The translations under genes were made by a program, and so were the position numbers. Source: Myxococcota bacterium (GTDB taxonomy: Bacteria; Myxococcota_A; Polyangia; HGW-17). From it: a stretch of DNA of 63,862 nucleotides. The notes beneath the pieces were generated by a model. The model searched no databases, was not told the origin of the DNA, and worked only from the letters and a program-made list of their open reading frames with translations. Shown here piece after piece: positions 18,521 through 28,735 of the stretch (position 1 is its first letter; every line of letters begins with the position of its first letter). The stretch covers positions 1 through 63,862 of the forward strand of contig JAHJMN010000085.1 in NCBI GenBank assembly GCA_018821305.1. The letters run 5' to 3'.

Positions 18521-19150
18521 ATGCCACTCATCGTCGACTGGGAAGAACTGGAACTGGCCTGTGAACGAAATGCACCAAACGTGTATTCGTATCTTGACCT
18601 TGTAACCGGCGCTGTACTGGTATTCTACGGTGAAAGTGAAGACGAGGAAGAGCGCAGACGCGAAGTTGAAGCTAACACTGAACGCTATCTCCGGGTTGAG
18701 CCGGCATCATCAAGGGAACAGTACCGCTGGATGGAAAAATTCGTCTCAACGGTCACAGAAGACAAAATTAAAGAAAAACTACTTGTCTCCATTGACGGAA
18801 AAGGTGCTTTCAGGCGTTTCAAAGATCTTCTCGTCCATTTTCCTGGTATTCGTGAACGATGGTACAGTTATCGCGCAATTCACCTTCATGACCACATTAA
18901 CACCTGGCTTTCCGCATTAAATCTCCCCGTTGAAATTGCCCCTCCCTGGGGTGATAATGTAGAAGTACCCGAAGATGAGCCCGTTAACGTTACCGCTGCC
19001 GTTTCCATTCTTTCCCCCGCCGAAACTCTCAGAAAACAAGCCCGGGAACTGATAGATATGATTCCAGCTGTTGACCTTAACGCAGCTATTGCGTTCCTTG
19101 AATTTCTGAAAGAACGTGCTGCAAACAACAGCGACGATCCTGAATACTGA
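18521..19150 (+). CDS. hypothetical cytoplasmic protein (209 aa), possibly co-transcribed with rpoZ
   Basis: ORF starts 15 bp after rpoZ; no signal peptide; acidic; no recognisable motif. Confidence 0.5.
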   Translation: MPLIVDWEELELACERNAPNVYSYLDLVTGAVLVFYGESEDEEERRREVEANTERYLRVEPASSREQYRWMEKFVSTVTEDKIKEKLLVSIDGKGAFRRFKDLLVHFPGIRERWYSYRAIHLHDHINTWLSALNLPVEIAPPWGDNVEVPEDEPVNVTAAVSILSPAETLRKQARELIDMIPAVDLNAAIAFLEFLKERAANNSDDPEY

Positions 19151-19159
19151 AATATAAAT

Positions 19160-19310
19160 CCCTGTTTTCAATCCTGATCCCTGCCCCTGTTTTGCTGATT
19201 CCCTCGCTACCTGATTTCCTGAATGTTCTTGATTTTATCAATGCTTATTCTTTTTTTTAACAATAACAGTTAATACGCCTTAACCAAATAGCATTGGGTA
19301 TAGAAACCTT
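19160..19310 (-). repeat. partial M-k-like unit (CCTG arm) fused to a Q-like module
   Basis: ccctgttttcaatcctgatccctgcccctgttttgctgattccctcgctacctgatttcctgaat then ttaatacgccttaaccaaatagcattggg; compare 60390-60528. Confidence 0.6.
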
Positions 19311-19449
19311 TCGTAACAGACTTTGGTGCGCATGTTGGTTTATATCAATCGCTCAAAATTTTTACATGTTTTATTGGCATATGTTATTTACATTTATCAA
19401 TAAACGCGTTATCAGAATCCAGGACCGCAATGGGTCCAGGAGGTGATTT

Positions 19450-21141
19450 ATGTCAGAAAAAGTAATCATTATTGGTGGTTCCGCTGCCGGACCAAAAACC
19501 GCTGCTAAAGTGCGCAGACTCAGTGAAGATGCGGACATTACTATCATTGAAAAAGGTAAATTCCTTTCCATGGCAAGCTGCGGTTATCCCTATTTTGTAG
19601 GAGGAGTGTTCGATAACCGAAACATGCTGCTTTGCACCCCCACAGGCGTTTTGCGTGACCCAACTTTCTACATGAATGCAAAAGCAATAAAAGCTGAAAC
19701 TGAAACTGAAGTTGTTGCAATTAACCGTGCAGAAAAGACCGTTAGTTGCAAACGCACAAATGGTGAAGAGTTCGTCCTTTCTTATGATAAATTGATGATT
19801 TCTACCGGTTCCATCCCTCGAATGCCTTTTAAAGAAGGCCTTGAACTTGATGGAGTAACAACACTTCAATCCATTTCTGATGCGGAATATTTAAGAAAAA
19901 TTCGTGATGAAAAAAAGATTCGCAAGGCTGTCATCATCGGTGGTGGTCTCATAGGTATCGAGACCGCTGAAGCCCTTCGTCTTGCTGGAATCGAAATCAC
20001 AATTGTTGAAATGGCGGATCAGGTCCTGCCTTATCTTGACTGGGAACTTGCCGCTCATGTTGAAAAACACCTTAAAACAAAGGGAGTAAATGTTTTCACC
20101 GGGATGAAAGTTGAAAAACTTATAGGCGAAAACGGAGTAATAACGGCAGTCAAACTTGGAAACGGAACAGAAATCCCATGTGAACTAGCCGTAGTCGCCA
20201 TCGGTGTTTTACCAAACAGGGAGCTAGCTGAAAAAGCAGGCCTTGAAATCGGTGCTGCCGGTGGAATTAAGGTCAACAGTTTTCTCCAGACCAGTGATCC
20301 GGACATATACGCCGCGGGTGATTGTATTGAAATAAATCATATAATTACACAAAAGCAAACATACAGTCCTATGGGCGATCTGGCAAATCTTCAAGGCCGT
20401 ATTGCAGCAGAGAACATGATAAACGGCCCAGAGGTAAAGTTCTCCGGAACTATACAAACAGCCATCTGTCGCATTTTCGAGTACAGTGCTGGCGCTACGG
20501 GCTGCAATGAAAAAGCCGCAAGAGCCGCTGGCTACGATGTCGAAACTGTCATTATAACAGGACCAGACAAACCTGGCTTTATGAATGGTTTGCTCCTGAT
20601 TTCCAAAATGGTTGTGGATCGCAAAACAGGTAGACTAATCGGTTTCCAATGTACAGGCCCCGGGGATGTATCTAAACAGGTAGCTCAGGCAGCTTTAGCA
20701 ATCAAAGGCGGTCTAACGATCAATGATCTCAGGGATCTCGACCTGCCCTATGCACCTCCATTTTCTCTGGCTGTGGACAATTTCATTGCTTGTGCCCACG
20801 CTATGGAGAACAAACTTCTTGGACGAATGAAGGGCATCAGCGCGAGGGAAGTCCGTAAAATGAAGTGTGACAACACATCAAAACCCTTCATTCTGGATGT
20901 CCGTGGTCCTGACGAATTTGAAGCTATGCGCCTTGGAATAGGAGAAGTCCTGATTCCCCTTGGAGCCCTGAGAAAACGAATCAATGAACTTCCCGCCGAT
21001 AAAAATCACGAAATCATTACTTTTTGTAAGATTTCCCTCCGAGGATATGAGGCGGCCCTGATTCTGGTGTCAGCTGGCTACACAAATGTGAAAGTCCTCG
21101 AAGGTGGCATTATGGCATGGCCCTTTGATAGGGAAAAATAG
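19450..21141 (+). CDS. CoA-disulfide reductase/NADH oxidase-like flavoprotein with C-terminal rhodanese domain
   Basis: FAD motif IIGGSAAGPKTA, redox-active Cys in SCGYPYFVGG, second Rossmann GGGLIGIE, C-terminal rhodanese with Cys in FCKISLRG. Confidence 0.85.
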   Translation: MSEKVIIIGGSAAGPKTAAKVRRLSEDADITIIEKGKFLSMASCGYPYFVGGVFDNRNMLLCTPTGVLRDPTFYMNAKAIKAETETEVVAINRAEKTVSCKRTNGEEFVLSYDKLMISTGSIPRMPFKEGLELDGVTTLQSISDAEYLRKIRDEKKIRKAVIIGGGLIGIETAEALRLAGIEITIVEMADQVLPYLDWELAAHVEKHLKTKGVNVFTGMKVEKLIGENGVITAVKLGNGTEIPCELAVVAIGVLPNRELAEKAGLEIGAAGGIKVNSFLQTSDPDIYAAGDCIEINHIITQKQTYSPMGDLANLQGRIAAENMINGPEVKFSGTIQTAICRIFEYSAGATGCNEKAARAAGYDVETVIITGPDKPGFMNGLLLISKMVVDRKTGRLIGFQCTGPGDVSKQVAQAALAIKGGLTINDLRDLDLPYAPPFSLAVDNFIACAHAMENKLLGRMKGISAREVRKMKCDNTSKPFILDVRGPDEFEAMRLGIGEVLIPLGALRKRINELPADKNHEIITFCKISLRGYEAALILVSAGYTNVKVLEGGIMAWPFDREK

Positions 21142-21165
21142 CCTTCACATTTACAGCGATGCCCA

Positions 21166-21447
21166 CGTTACCGTTTTCGGAGTAATACTATAGTGAACAA
21201 TTTTCAGTAAATGCTACAGGAATGAGCCCCTCTAAAGCATTCCGCTGCGCGTTATTGCCTACCTGATTACCTTGTTCATGCTAATGATTTCCTGTTTGCC
21301 TGATTTTTTTTAACAGGAACTCAGGCAGTCAGGCAAACAGGCTCAGGATCAGGTCATAAACATTCAATATCAATGTAAAATTAAAAAGACTGAAAGAAAA
21401 TACTCACTGTTCTATTCTCGATCCTTTTACTCGAAAGCAGTCTAATC
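21166..21447 (+). mobile_element. M element, complete divergent copy M-c
   Basis: TA-ccgttttcggagtaatactatagtgaac ... conserved core aaagcattccgctgcgcgttattgcctacctg ... hairpin ... ctcgatccttttactcgaaagcagtc-TA. Confidence 0.85.
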
Positions 21448-21534
21448 CCCCTTTGCCACCAGACAATATATATTTTTCTCTGAAAATATAACGCAATCAG
21501 TCGATATAGTTGAATATAGACCGTGAGGATTTAA

Positions 21535-22614
21535 ATGACTGATCCGAAAAAGGAACATGCTGACAAACTCCTTTCCCGCTGGAAAGTAAAGAACCCTGAA
21601 ACAGGAAAACCTGAATGGCAGGAAACTTATGATTTCCTTAAATCGTCCTGCAATTATGGCAATTCCCAGCGACCGGCTGCAATGGATCTTCGCCAGATCC
21701 CACTCGTAAATCTCGATTTAAGCGAGCTTGATCTTTCAAATTACGATCTTACCGGAGCTAACCTGAATCGTTCGGACCTTTCCGGATCCAATCTGAGTTA
21801 TACACGCCTGAATCACGCCCATCTGGAAATGGCAACGCTGAATCGTACGGAGTTTTTAGGGGCTACGGCCCGTCATGCCATATTTAATGAATGCAGTGGC
21901 ACTAACGCCGGATTCGCGGGAGCTGATTTCAGCCATTCCAGTTTCATCGGTGCCAAACTTGTTAATTCATCCTTCAGTTCTTCGATCCTCCACAAAAGCG
22001 ATCTCCGGGCTTTGCATGCAAAAGAGTGCCGTTTTGCTCAGACAGATCTTTCCGGAGCCCTCCTGACGCGGGCTAACGTTGCCGGATCCGATTTCAAGTT
22101 AGCTGATGTTAAGAATACAAGTTTCGAGATGGCGGATATGCAGCGTTGCCGACTGATTACTCTGAAAAACTATCGACAGGCTAACTGGATTGGAGCGGAT
22201 ATCAGGGATATGGATCTACGGGGGGCATTTCTGATCCGCCGGTTTATTGCTGACGAAAACTACCTTTATGAGTTCCGGACAAAATCATCCTGGCACGAAT
22301 TCATTTATAAAGTCTGGAAAATTTCATCAGACTGCGGGAGAAGCCTTATAAGATGGTTCACATGGATGCTTGTAATTACCGTTATCTTTGCTCTTGTTTA
22401 CACCATTGTTGATATCGACTTTGGGATCTATGAAACACCAATTTCGCCGCTATATTTCAGCGTTGTAACAGTTACAACTCTGGGTTATGGTGATGCTGTT
22501 CCTATGTCACAGGCAGCCCAGATTTGGGTCGTCATTCAGGCAATTACCGGATACATGGGTTTGGGCGGCCTTTTGAGTATCCTTGGGAATAAAATGTCCC
22601 GTCGAGCTGAATAG
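21535..22614 (+). CDS. pentapeptide-repeat domain fused to a 2-TM K+ channel pore
   Basis: About 200 aa of A(D/N)LxG pentapeptide repeats, then TM helix, pore helix and the K+ selectivity filter TVTTLGYGD, then a second TM. Confidence 0.75.
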   Translation: MTDPKKEHADKLLSRWKVKNPETGKPEWQETYDFLKSSCNYGNSQRPAAMDLRQIPLVNLDLSELDLSNYDLTGANLNRSDLSGSNLSYTRLNHAHLEMATLNRTEFLGATARHAIFNECSGTNAGFAGADFSHSSFIGAKLVNSSFSSSILHKSDLRALHAKECRFAQTDLSGALLTRANVAGSDFKLADVKNTSFEMADMQRCRLITLKNYRQANWIGADIRDMDLRGAFLIRRFIADENYLYEFRTKSSWHEFIYKVWKISSDCGRSLIRWFTWMLVITVIFALVYTIVDIDFGIYETPISPLYFSVVTVTTLGYGDAVPMSQAAQIWVVIQAITGYMGLGGLLSILGNKMSRRAE

Positions 22615-22644
22615 AAAATAACCACTTGGAACCACAGGAGATTC

Positions 22645-23496
22645 ATGTTTTCCTTTTTTTCTAAAGCATTTGATCCTGCGAGCAATTTGAAAAAGGTCCT
22701 CAAGGGATACGAGTTGCCATCTTTTCCAGCAGTAGTGATGGAAATTCTTCGTAAATTAAGAGATCCAAACTCAAGTTATTCTCAGATTGCTGCCTCTTTC
22801 TCTCTTGACCCGGGATTGTCAGTGAAACTTCTGCGCATGGCCAACTCTCCGGCGTTCTGTCCTGTTAAACGCATTGACAACATCACGCAAGCCATTGCAC
22901 TTGTTGGTCTTTCTCAACTTGAATCACTGGTAATCAGTGTGGGAATTGCCCGAAACATCCCAAGAAAAAGATGTAATTCCCTTAATCCATCCGATTTCTG
23001 GCTTGTATCGGCCCAGAGGGCAATGATAGCTGATGAAGTAGCAAAACGAATTTGCCCCGCCCGGGAATCCGAATGCTTTACAGGTGCCTTCCTTCAAGAT
23101 ATGGCACTTCCATTTCTCGCATGCCAGAGAGTAGAAGACTATGAACCTATTTTAAGCCGCTGGGCGAAAGATGGCGGAAATCTCGCAGACATTGAACGTC
23201 AGTCACTGAAGTGGGATCACGCAGAAGTGGCTTCATGGATTTGTGATTTGTGGCAACTTCCTGAAAATATTGCCGCTGGAATCCGTGGTCATCACGGGTC
23301 TGAAGTAAACGGGCATGAAATTTTACCTCCCGTGCGTATTGCAGCTCTGCTTAGAACACCTGATAAAGATGGTGGAATTACGGACATTTTCGATGCCTGC
23401 TTATTGCTTGGTATAAACGAAACCGAAGTGAATGCAATATTTGAATCTGCTCTCAAGCGTGCGTCTTCCCTTGCAGGTCTTATAGCTTCAGTTTAG
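22645..23496 (+). CDS. HDOD-domain signalling protein
   Basis: LPSFPAVVMEILRKLRDPNSSYSQIAASFSLDPGLSVKLLRMANSPAF matches the HDOD signature. Confidence 0.8.
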   Translation: MFSFFSKAFDPASNLKKVLKGYELPSFPAVVMEILRKLRDPNSSYSQIAASFSLDPGLSVKLLRMANSPAFCPVKRIDNITQAIALVGLSQLESLVISVGIARNIPRKRCNSLNPSDFWLVSAQRAMIADEVAKRICPARESECFTGAFLQDMALPFLACQRVEDYEPILSRWAKDGGNLADIERQSLKWDHAEVASWICDLWQLPENIAAGIRGHHGSEVNGHEILPPVRIAALLRTPDKDGGITDIFDACLLLGINETEVNAIFESALKRASSLAGLIASV

Positions 23497-23642
23497 ACAA
23501 CTGTTCACCTTTCATTGTGACATATGAAAAATTGTGTTATTGATCCAGTGGGTTTGTGCATTTTACGCACCCTGGTTTCACCCGCCACATGGTAAAAAAA
23601 TGCACGGTGCATGGCAAAACATGCACTGTATTGGAGGTTTTA

Positions 23643-24671
23643 ATGGGTTCCAGAGCACTGCAATTCAAAGTCGGACTTCTGATCATCATCTCCCTGGTGG
23701 TTTTAGGTGGGTTCATTTTTATTCTTGGCAACTACAGTCTGGGCAAGGGTTATTATATATACGTTGATTTTGATTTTGCAGGCAACTTGAGTCCCGGAGC
23801 CCCGGTTAAGATCTCCGGCATTAAAATGGGACGGGTGGAAAGTATCCGCTTCATGGGTGGAGAATTTGATACCAAAGTAAATCGCCGCGTTTTTGTGCGA
23901 ATCAAGCTGTGGATCAACGAAAAGGCCCGGAATGCCGTTCGTTCAGACAGCCGTGTTTTTATTAACACTCAGGGTATTTTGGGAGAACAATATGTAGAAA
24001 TTGAGCCAGGTAATATGGACAGCCCCCAGAGTTCAGTTCTATCTGGGGAAAGCCTTGCCATAAAAGGTGAAAGTCCTCCCCGAACTGACCTTGTCATTGG
24101 AAAACTCTATACTTTTCTGGATCAGGTAACAAATATACTTTCGTCTGAACAACAGAACATACGCCTTGCAATCCAGCGTACCACTAAAACACTTGGAAAT
24201 GTCAATGATATTCTTGAAAAGAATAAAACAGAGATCAACTCAATGGTCGCGAAAAGTTCCAATGTTCTAACTGAAGTAGAAAAGAGTCTTTCAACTGTTA
24301 ATTCGAGTATCGGAGATGGAAAAAAGATCGTCCACATCATTCGTTCCACTGATTATATGCTTAACGTTCTGTCAAGCCGCCTTCCGAGCGTAATGACAAA
24401 AATTGACACGACTTTGACGGATGTCAGCACCATGACAAAAATCATTAACGTCAATGATAAGGAAAAGATTTTCCAGTCTTTAGACCGTATAAACAACCTC
24501 AGTTCCGAAGCTATAACTCTTACCCGAGAGGGGACAAAACTGGCTCGCTCTGTCAGTTCGGGTAACGGAACCGTGGGCGCACTGATGACAAAGCGTGAAG
24601 TCTATGAAGACCTCAAAGAACTTGTACGGGATCTCAGAGAAAATCCCTGGAAACTGTTCTGGAAAGACTGA
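23643..24671 (+). CDS. MCE/MlaD-family protein (N-terminal TM anchor plus coiled coil)
   Basis: Start chosen at ATG 23643 behind a ggagg RBS (ORF-track start 23556 judged too early); TM helix then MCE beta-barrel signature (KISGIKMGRVESI). Confidence 0.75.
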   Translation: MGSRALQFKVGLLIIISLVVLGGFIFILGNYSLGKGYYIYVDFDFAGNLSPGAPVKISGIKMGRVESIRFMGGEFDTKVNRRVFVRIKLWINEKARNAVRSDSRVFINTQGILGEQYVEIEPGNMDSPQSSVLSGESLAIKGESPPRTDLVIGKLYTFLDQVTNILSSEQQNIRLAIQRTTKTLGNVNDILEKNKTEINSMVAKSSNVLTEVEKSLSTVNSSIGDGKKIVHIIRSTDYMLNVLSSRLPSVMTKIDTTLTDVSTMTKIINVNDKEKIFQSLDRINNLSSEAITLTREGTKLARSVSSGNGTVGALMTKREVYEDLKELVRDLRENPWKLFWKD

Positions 24672-25666
24672 TGGAATCACCCAAATATCAGAGTTTACTG
24701 GGTTTTGTTGGAATACTGGCTTTTGCAGCAATGCTGAGTTGGGTTTTCCTGTTTGGAAAAGGTTTCCTTGAAAATGGTTATTATATAAATGTTGACTTCG
24801 AACGAATCGGAACCATTGAAAACGGAAGTGATGTCAAAATAGGAAATATAAAAGTTGGTCATGTCCAGGGGTTTTACCTTTTAAAAAAAGATAATATGCA
24901 TATGACCCGCCTGAAACTATGGATAAATAACCGTTATCGTAACTATATCCGTAAAAACAGTCGTGTCTACTTTGAATCCGTAAGCATTATAGGTTTGCGG
25001 CACATTAATATAGTTATGCCCGAAGATAACACGGACCCTGGCCCCCCCGTGAAACCGGGAGAAACCCTTCGTGGAGTAGATCCAAGTCAGATAGACAGAC
25101 TGCTCGAACAGTTATACAACACTGTTGAACGTTCAATGAAAATCATTGATAATCTAGCCCCCGATGGTGTCAAGCTAGGGATAGCTGCTTCAAAATTTCG
25201 TGGTCACATGGCCTCAGTTTCTGGAGATACAAAACTGACACGGCAAATCATTAATCGAATTCGTAATCTTACGGGATTTGAAGGGGTGCAGCACATCGGC
25301 AAGAATGCCCCACAAGTCAGCCTTATTGCGAGAATCTGGGCCCTTGATAAATACATTCGCCATGCGAGTAATGAACTGGAAAAGAAATCATTAGCGATTG
25401 AGGCGTACATTAAAAATCTTCAACTTCCGGAAATAAAGAAAAAGCTGGAAATAACCAAGTCGAATATTGCAGTTTTACGCAAAGAACTTAACTTTGCAAA
25501 GGTGGAAACGGAGAAGACCCTGAAGATACTCAAGGGCCGAAACGGGGCTATTTTCAAAATTATCGAAGATCCGGAACTCTTTGACGATCTGAAAGTAATG
25601 GCAAAACGCCTTAAGAATGCGGTATTCGATATTGTTTTTAAAAAGAAGGAAAAAACCCTTCACTGA
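24671..25666 (+). CDS. second MCE/MlaD-family protein
   Basis: Start overlaps the upstream stop (TGATGG); TM helix then MCE core (KIGNIKVGHVQG); no MlaE/MlaF genes nearby. Confidence 0.75.
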   Translation: MESPKYQSLLGFVGILAFAAMLSWVFLFGKGFLENGYYINVDFERIGTIENGSDVKIGNIKVGHVQGFYLLKKDNMHMTRLKLWINNRYRNYIRKNSRVYFESVSIIGLRHINIVMPEDNTDPGPPVKPGETLRGVDPSQIDRLLEQLYNTVERSMKIIDNLAPDGVKLGIAASKFRGHMASVSGDTKLTRQIINRIRNLTGFEGVQHIGKNAPQVSLIARIWALDKYIRHASNELEKKSLAIEAYIKNLQLPEIKKKLEITKSNIAVLRKELNFAKVETEKTLKILKGRNGAIFKIIEDPELFDDLKVMAKRLKNAVFDIVFKKKEKTLH

Positions 25667-25678
25667 AAGGACTTCCAG

Positions 25679-26059
25679 ATGGCTATCGGACACATTGACG
25701 AATTAAAATCCATTGAACTGTCAGGAGAAGGAATCAAAGGCGCTTCAAAAAAGGTACTTATCCATCCGGAAAACGGCTGGGACAACCATGTAATGCGTTT
25801 ATTCACTCTGGAAAACGAAGGGTTCACTCCGCGTCATTCTCACCCATGGCCCCATATTAACTACATAACATCCGGGCAAGGCACTTTGTTTCTTGAGGGA
25901 GAACTTCATGAAATAAAAGCTGGCTCATATGCTTATGTACCTGGCAATTCCCTGCATCAATTCATGGCGGATCGAAACTCCGATTTGAGTTTCATCTGCA
26001 TTGTCCCTCTTGAAGGAGATCCAAACTTCCTGCAGGGCACCTCAGGCTATGCGCGGTGA
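25679..26059 (+). CDS. cupin-domain protein
   Basis: Two His-containing cupin motifs (HSHPWPHINYITSG ... AYVPGNSLHQF); overlaps the downstream kinase. Confidence 0.7.
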   Translation: MAIGHIDELKSIELSGEGIKGASKKVLIHPENGWDNHVMRLFTLENEGFTPRHSHPWPHINYITSGQGTLFLEGELHEIKAGSYAYVPGNSLHQFMADRNSDLSFICIVPLEGDPNFLQGTSGYAR

Positions 26060-27573
26060 TACTACTCTCGCTTCCCACTCGATTATTTTCTGGATTCGCC
26101 GTATTGGTCCTCGTTTTTTCCGGGGTTCAGTTGTACGGATTGAGAAGTCTCAACCGCACAAGCGAGGAATTTCAAATTCTTAAAGACTTTCATCTGAATT
26201 TTATATTTCAGATTCAGAGTCTTGAGACAAGTCAGTCATCACTCATTCTGCTTTTAAAGAGCTTGACTGAAAGCACTGGAAAGAGCCCCCGCAAGACGGA
26301 ACTTCTAAAGCGATGGATAGTTCTAACCAGAGATAAGCGGGACCGTAGCTTTCGTAAACTCGAGAAAATGATTCTCTACCGTGTCACATCCGTTCCAGGC
26401 CGTGAAAAAGAATTCGTTAAAGAAAAAATCACTCCACTGATTGAAGCAATAAGTAAAGATATTAAAGACTTGACGACTCGTTTTAATGAACTTCTTACGA
26501 CAGATACAGATTCTCCTCAGGCAAGACTAAAATATATCAGCCGACGGGAACAGGTCATCATGTCGAAAATTAAAAAAATGGTTACAGTTTCCAGAAGTCG
26601 GATTATGACTGTAGCGAGCGTCATGGAAAAGTCCGAAAAAACAACCATGGACAGTCAGATTTTTCTTCTCATTATTTCATTGTTCATCAGTCTTCTTGTT
26701 ATCTACTTGAGTTCAATTCCCCTTAAATATCTTAAGAATCTTGCAGCGGCAGTTGGCCGAATCGGCAAAGGAGACCTCAGCGTTCAGGTCAAAGTTAATT
26801 CGGATGATGAAATTGGTACTCTCGCACGTGAATTTAACCGCATGGCAAAGGCAATTGAAGAAAGAGAAAACCGCCTTATCCAAACGGAACGTCTTGCCAC
26901 AGCAGGAAAACTGGCTTCCCAGATTGCTCATGAAATTCGGAATCCCCTTGCGGCAGTAAGCTTTCAGGTAGATTTACTCACGGAACTGGTGGAGGATTTA
27001 TCAGAGGAATCGCAAGGTAACATTGAAATAATAGAAACACTTCAGGCTCTTGGTAAAGAAGTCGACAGACTTTCAACAATTACCGATGGTTATTTACAAT
27101 TTGCCCGGGCGCCAAAGATGACTCTGACAAAAGTCAACATAATTGATTTGCTTAATGATTTCCTTGATTTCATTGAAGGAGATTTGGCACTAAGCAACAT
27201 TGTTATTGTTAGAGACTTGAATGTTGAGGACATCTTTACTCCTGCAGATGAAAACCTTTTACGTCAAGTATTAATGAATCTTATCCGGAATGCAGGTAAT
27301 GCTATGGAAAATGGCGGAGAAATAGTTGTTTCCTGCCGAGCAGATAAACAACATATAAAAATGCAGGTAAAGGATACAGGGGAAGGAATACCGGAGAAAA
27401 TTCAAGGGAAAATTTTTGATGCCTTTTTCACAACGAGGCGATCGGGAACCGGCCTGGGACTCGCTCTGAGCAAACAGATTATTGAGGACCATCGAGGAAC
27501 AATCACTGTAGCAAGCTCCGCTTCCGAAGGCACTGTTTTCACAATACTTCTTCCGGTATATGACGAAATATGA
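26056..27573 (+). CDS. sensor histidine kinase (2 TM, HAMP, HisKA, HATPase_c)
   Basis: GTG start overlapping the cupin stop; HAMP region, H-box ASQIAHEIRNPL, N-box LMNLIRNAGNA, G1 DTGEGIP, G2 GTGLGLALS. Confidence 0.9.
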   Translation: MILLSLPTRLFSGFAVLVLVFSGVQLYGLRSLNRTSEEFQILKDFHLNFIFQIQSLETSQSSLILLLKSLTESTGKSPRKTELLKRWIVLTRDKRDRSFRKLEKMILYRVTSVPGREKEFVKEKITPLIEAISKDIKDLTTRFNELLTTDTDSPQARLKYISRREQVIMSKIKKMVTVSRSRIMTVASVMEKSEKTTMDSQIFLLIISLFISLLVIYLSSIPLKYLKNLAAAVGRIGKGDLSVQVKVNSDDEIGTLAREFNRMAKAIEERENRLIQTERLATAGKLASQIAHEIRNPLAAVSFQVDLLTELVEDLSEESQGNIEIIETLQALGKEVDRLSTITDGYLQFARAPKMTLTKVNIIDLLNDFLDFIEGDLALSNIVIVRDLNVEDIFTPADENLLRQVLMNLIRNAGNAMENGGEIVVSCRADKQHIKMQVKDTGEGIPEKIQGKIFDAFFTTRRSGTGLGLALSKQIIEDHRGTITVASSASEGTVFTILLPVYDEI

Positions 27574-28649
27574 AGATTGCAGTTTTTACCGACTTTTATG
27601 ATCGAAAAACATTTTTTTTGCCGGATGGTTTTTTGTCAACTTGCCAAAATCTGGGAATGGAGTTCGAAATTTTCTGCCGCAAGAATAACGTCTTGAAAGC
27701 ATTGAATATTCATGAATACGACAATGGCATTTTCGGAATAATTGCCCCATCAAGACTCGCCACTCTTCCCACAAACTGGAAGTCAATCATTGAGGAAGGA
27801 CATTTTGATCTGGCATTGGGATTTGATGAAGCAGGTCTTGTTATGGCTGCGCAAACAAGCCTGCCACTGGTCGCTGTTTTCTCAAGGCTCCCACAGAGTT
27901 GGAGAGCTGTACGGTCTTTCATTAAAGCCGGTCCGGCCGCCGATGAAATCAAATCTGCATTAAACAAAGCTTGCGCATTTTTAACCCGTTGTACGGAAGT
28001 GACTGAAATCCTTGTATCACACGGAGTCACACGGGATAAAATAATGGTTCTACCTATGCCACCTGAATTTAATGAGTACATTCATCAGGACGTCCGGTGG
28101 GGAATTGGAACATTTGCGTCCGACCCAACATCCCTCAATTATGCTGTAATCTGTGCATCTTTAATAAATGATCTGGGATTTAACACTCCCCTGCGTATTT
28201 TCTGCGAAAAAGATCACTTTGATTTTTCGAACTGTCTCAAGGATTCAAGAACCAGTGTTGAAATTATTACAATTGAAAACTATAAAGATTTTTTCCAGAA
28301 AGTTCCTCAGTGCCAGCTATTTTTAAGTCCCGATGTGACCAGGATTGATGGTGAAAGGGATTTCAGCGGAATTTACTCAATACTTTCATCCCTTGCTCAG
28401 GTGCCTCAGGTAGCTTCCTGTCACGGAATTTTTCCGGATATTATTGAAGAAGGAGTCACGGGGTTTTTAGTACCTGAAAGGAATGCAGAAATAATGCAGG
28501 ATCGTTGTCTGGAGATTCTCGAAGACACTAATAAAGGATCCGAAATGGGTCAAAGCGCCCGGGCAAAAATTGAATTTCAGTTTGAATACAAAAATCTTGC
28601 GGCAAAACTTGAAGGATTTTTAAACCACACATTGCGCCGGAGAAATTAA
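27570..28649 (+). CDS. glycosyltransferase-like protein (GT-B fold, GT4-like C-terminus)
   Basis: ATG overlaps the kinase stop (ATATGA); C-terminal EGVTGFLVPERN resembles the GT1/GT4 E-x7-E region; N-terminal half diverged. Confidence 0.55.
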   Translation: MKIAVFTDFYDRKTFFLPDGFLSTCQNLGMEFEIFCRKNNVLKALNIHEYDNGIFGIIAPSRLATLPTNWKSIIEEGHFDLALGFDEAGLVMAAQTSLPLVAVFSRLPQSWRAVRSFIKAGPAADEIKSALNKACAFLTRCTEVTEILVSHGVTRDKIMVLPMPPEFNEYIHQDVRWGIGTFASDPTSLNYAVICASLINDLGFNTPLRIFCEKDHFDFSNCLKDSRTSVEIITIENYKDFFQKVPQCQLFLSPDVTRIDGERDFSGIYSILSSLAQVPQVASCHGIFPDIIEEGVTGFLVPERNAEIMQDRCLEILEDTNKGSEMGQSARAKIEFQFEYKNLAAKLEGFLNHTLRRRN

Positions 28650-28657
28650 TTGTTAGG

Positions 28658-28712
28658 TTACTGTCCGAAATACTGGTTTCGACTTTTTAGACTGAATTTT
28701 AATTCAGGACAG
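28658..28712 (+). repeat. S-like hairpin module between the glycosyltransferase-like gene and hslV
   Basis: ttactgtcc (28658-28666) ... caggacag (28705-28712), 9 nt after the TAA stop. Confidence 0.55.
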
Positions 28713-28735
28713 AGGGACAAAATGGAGTTTGCTTT

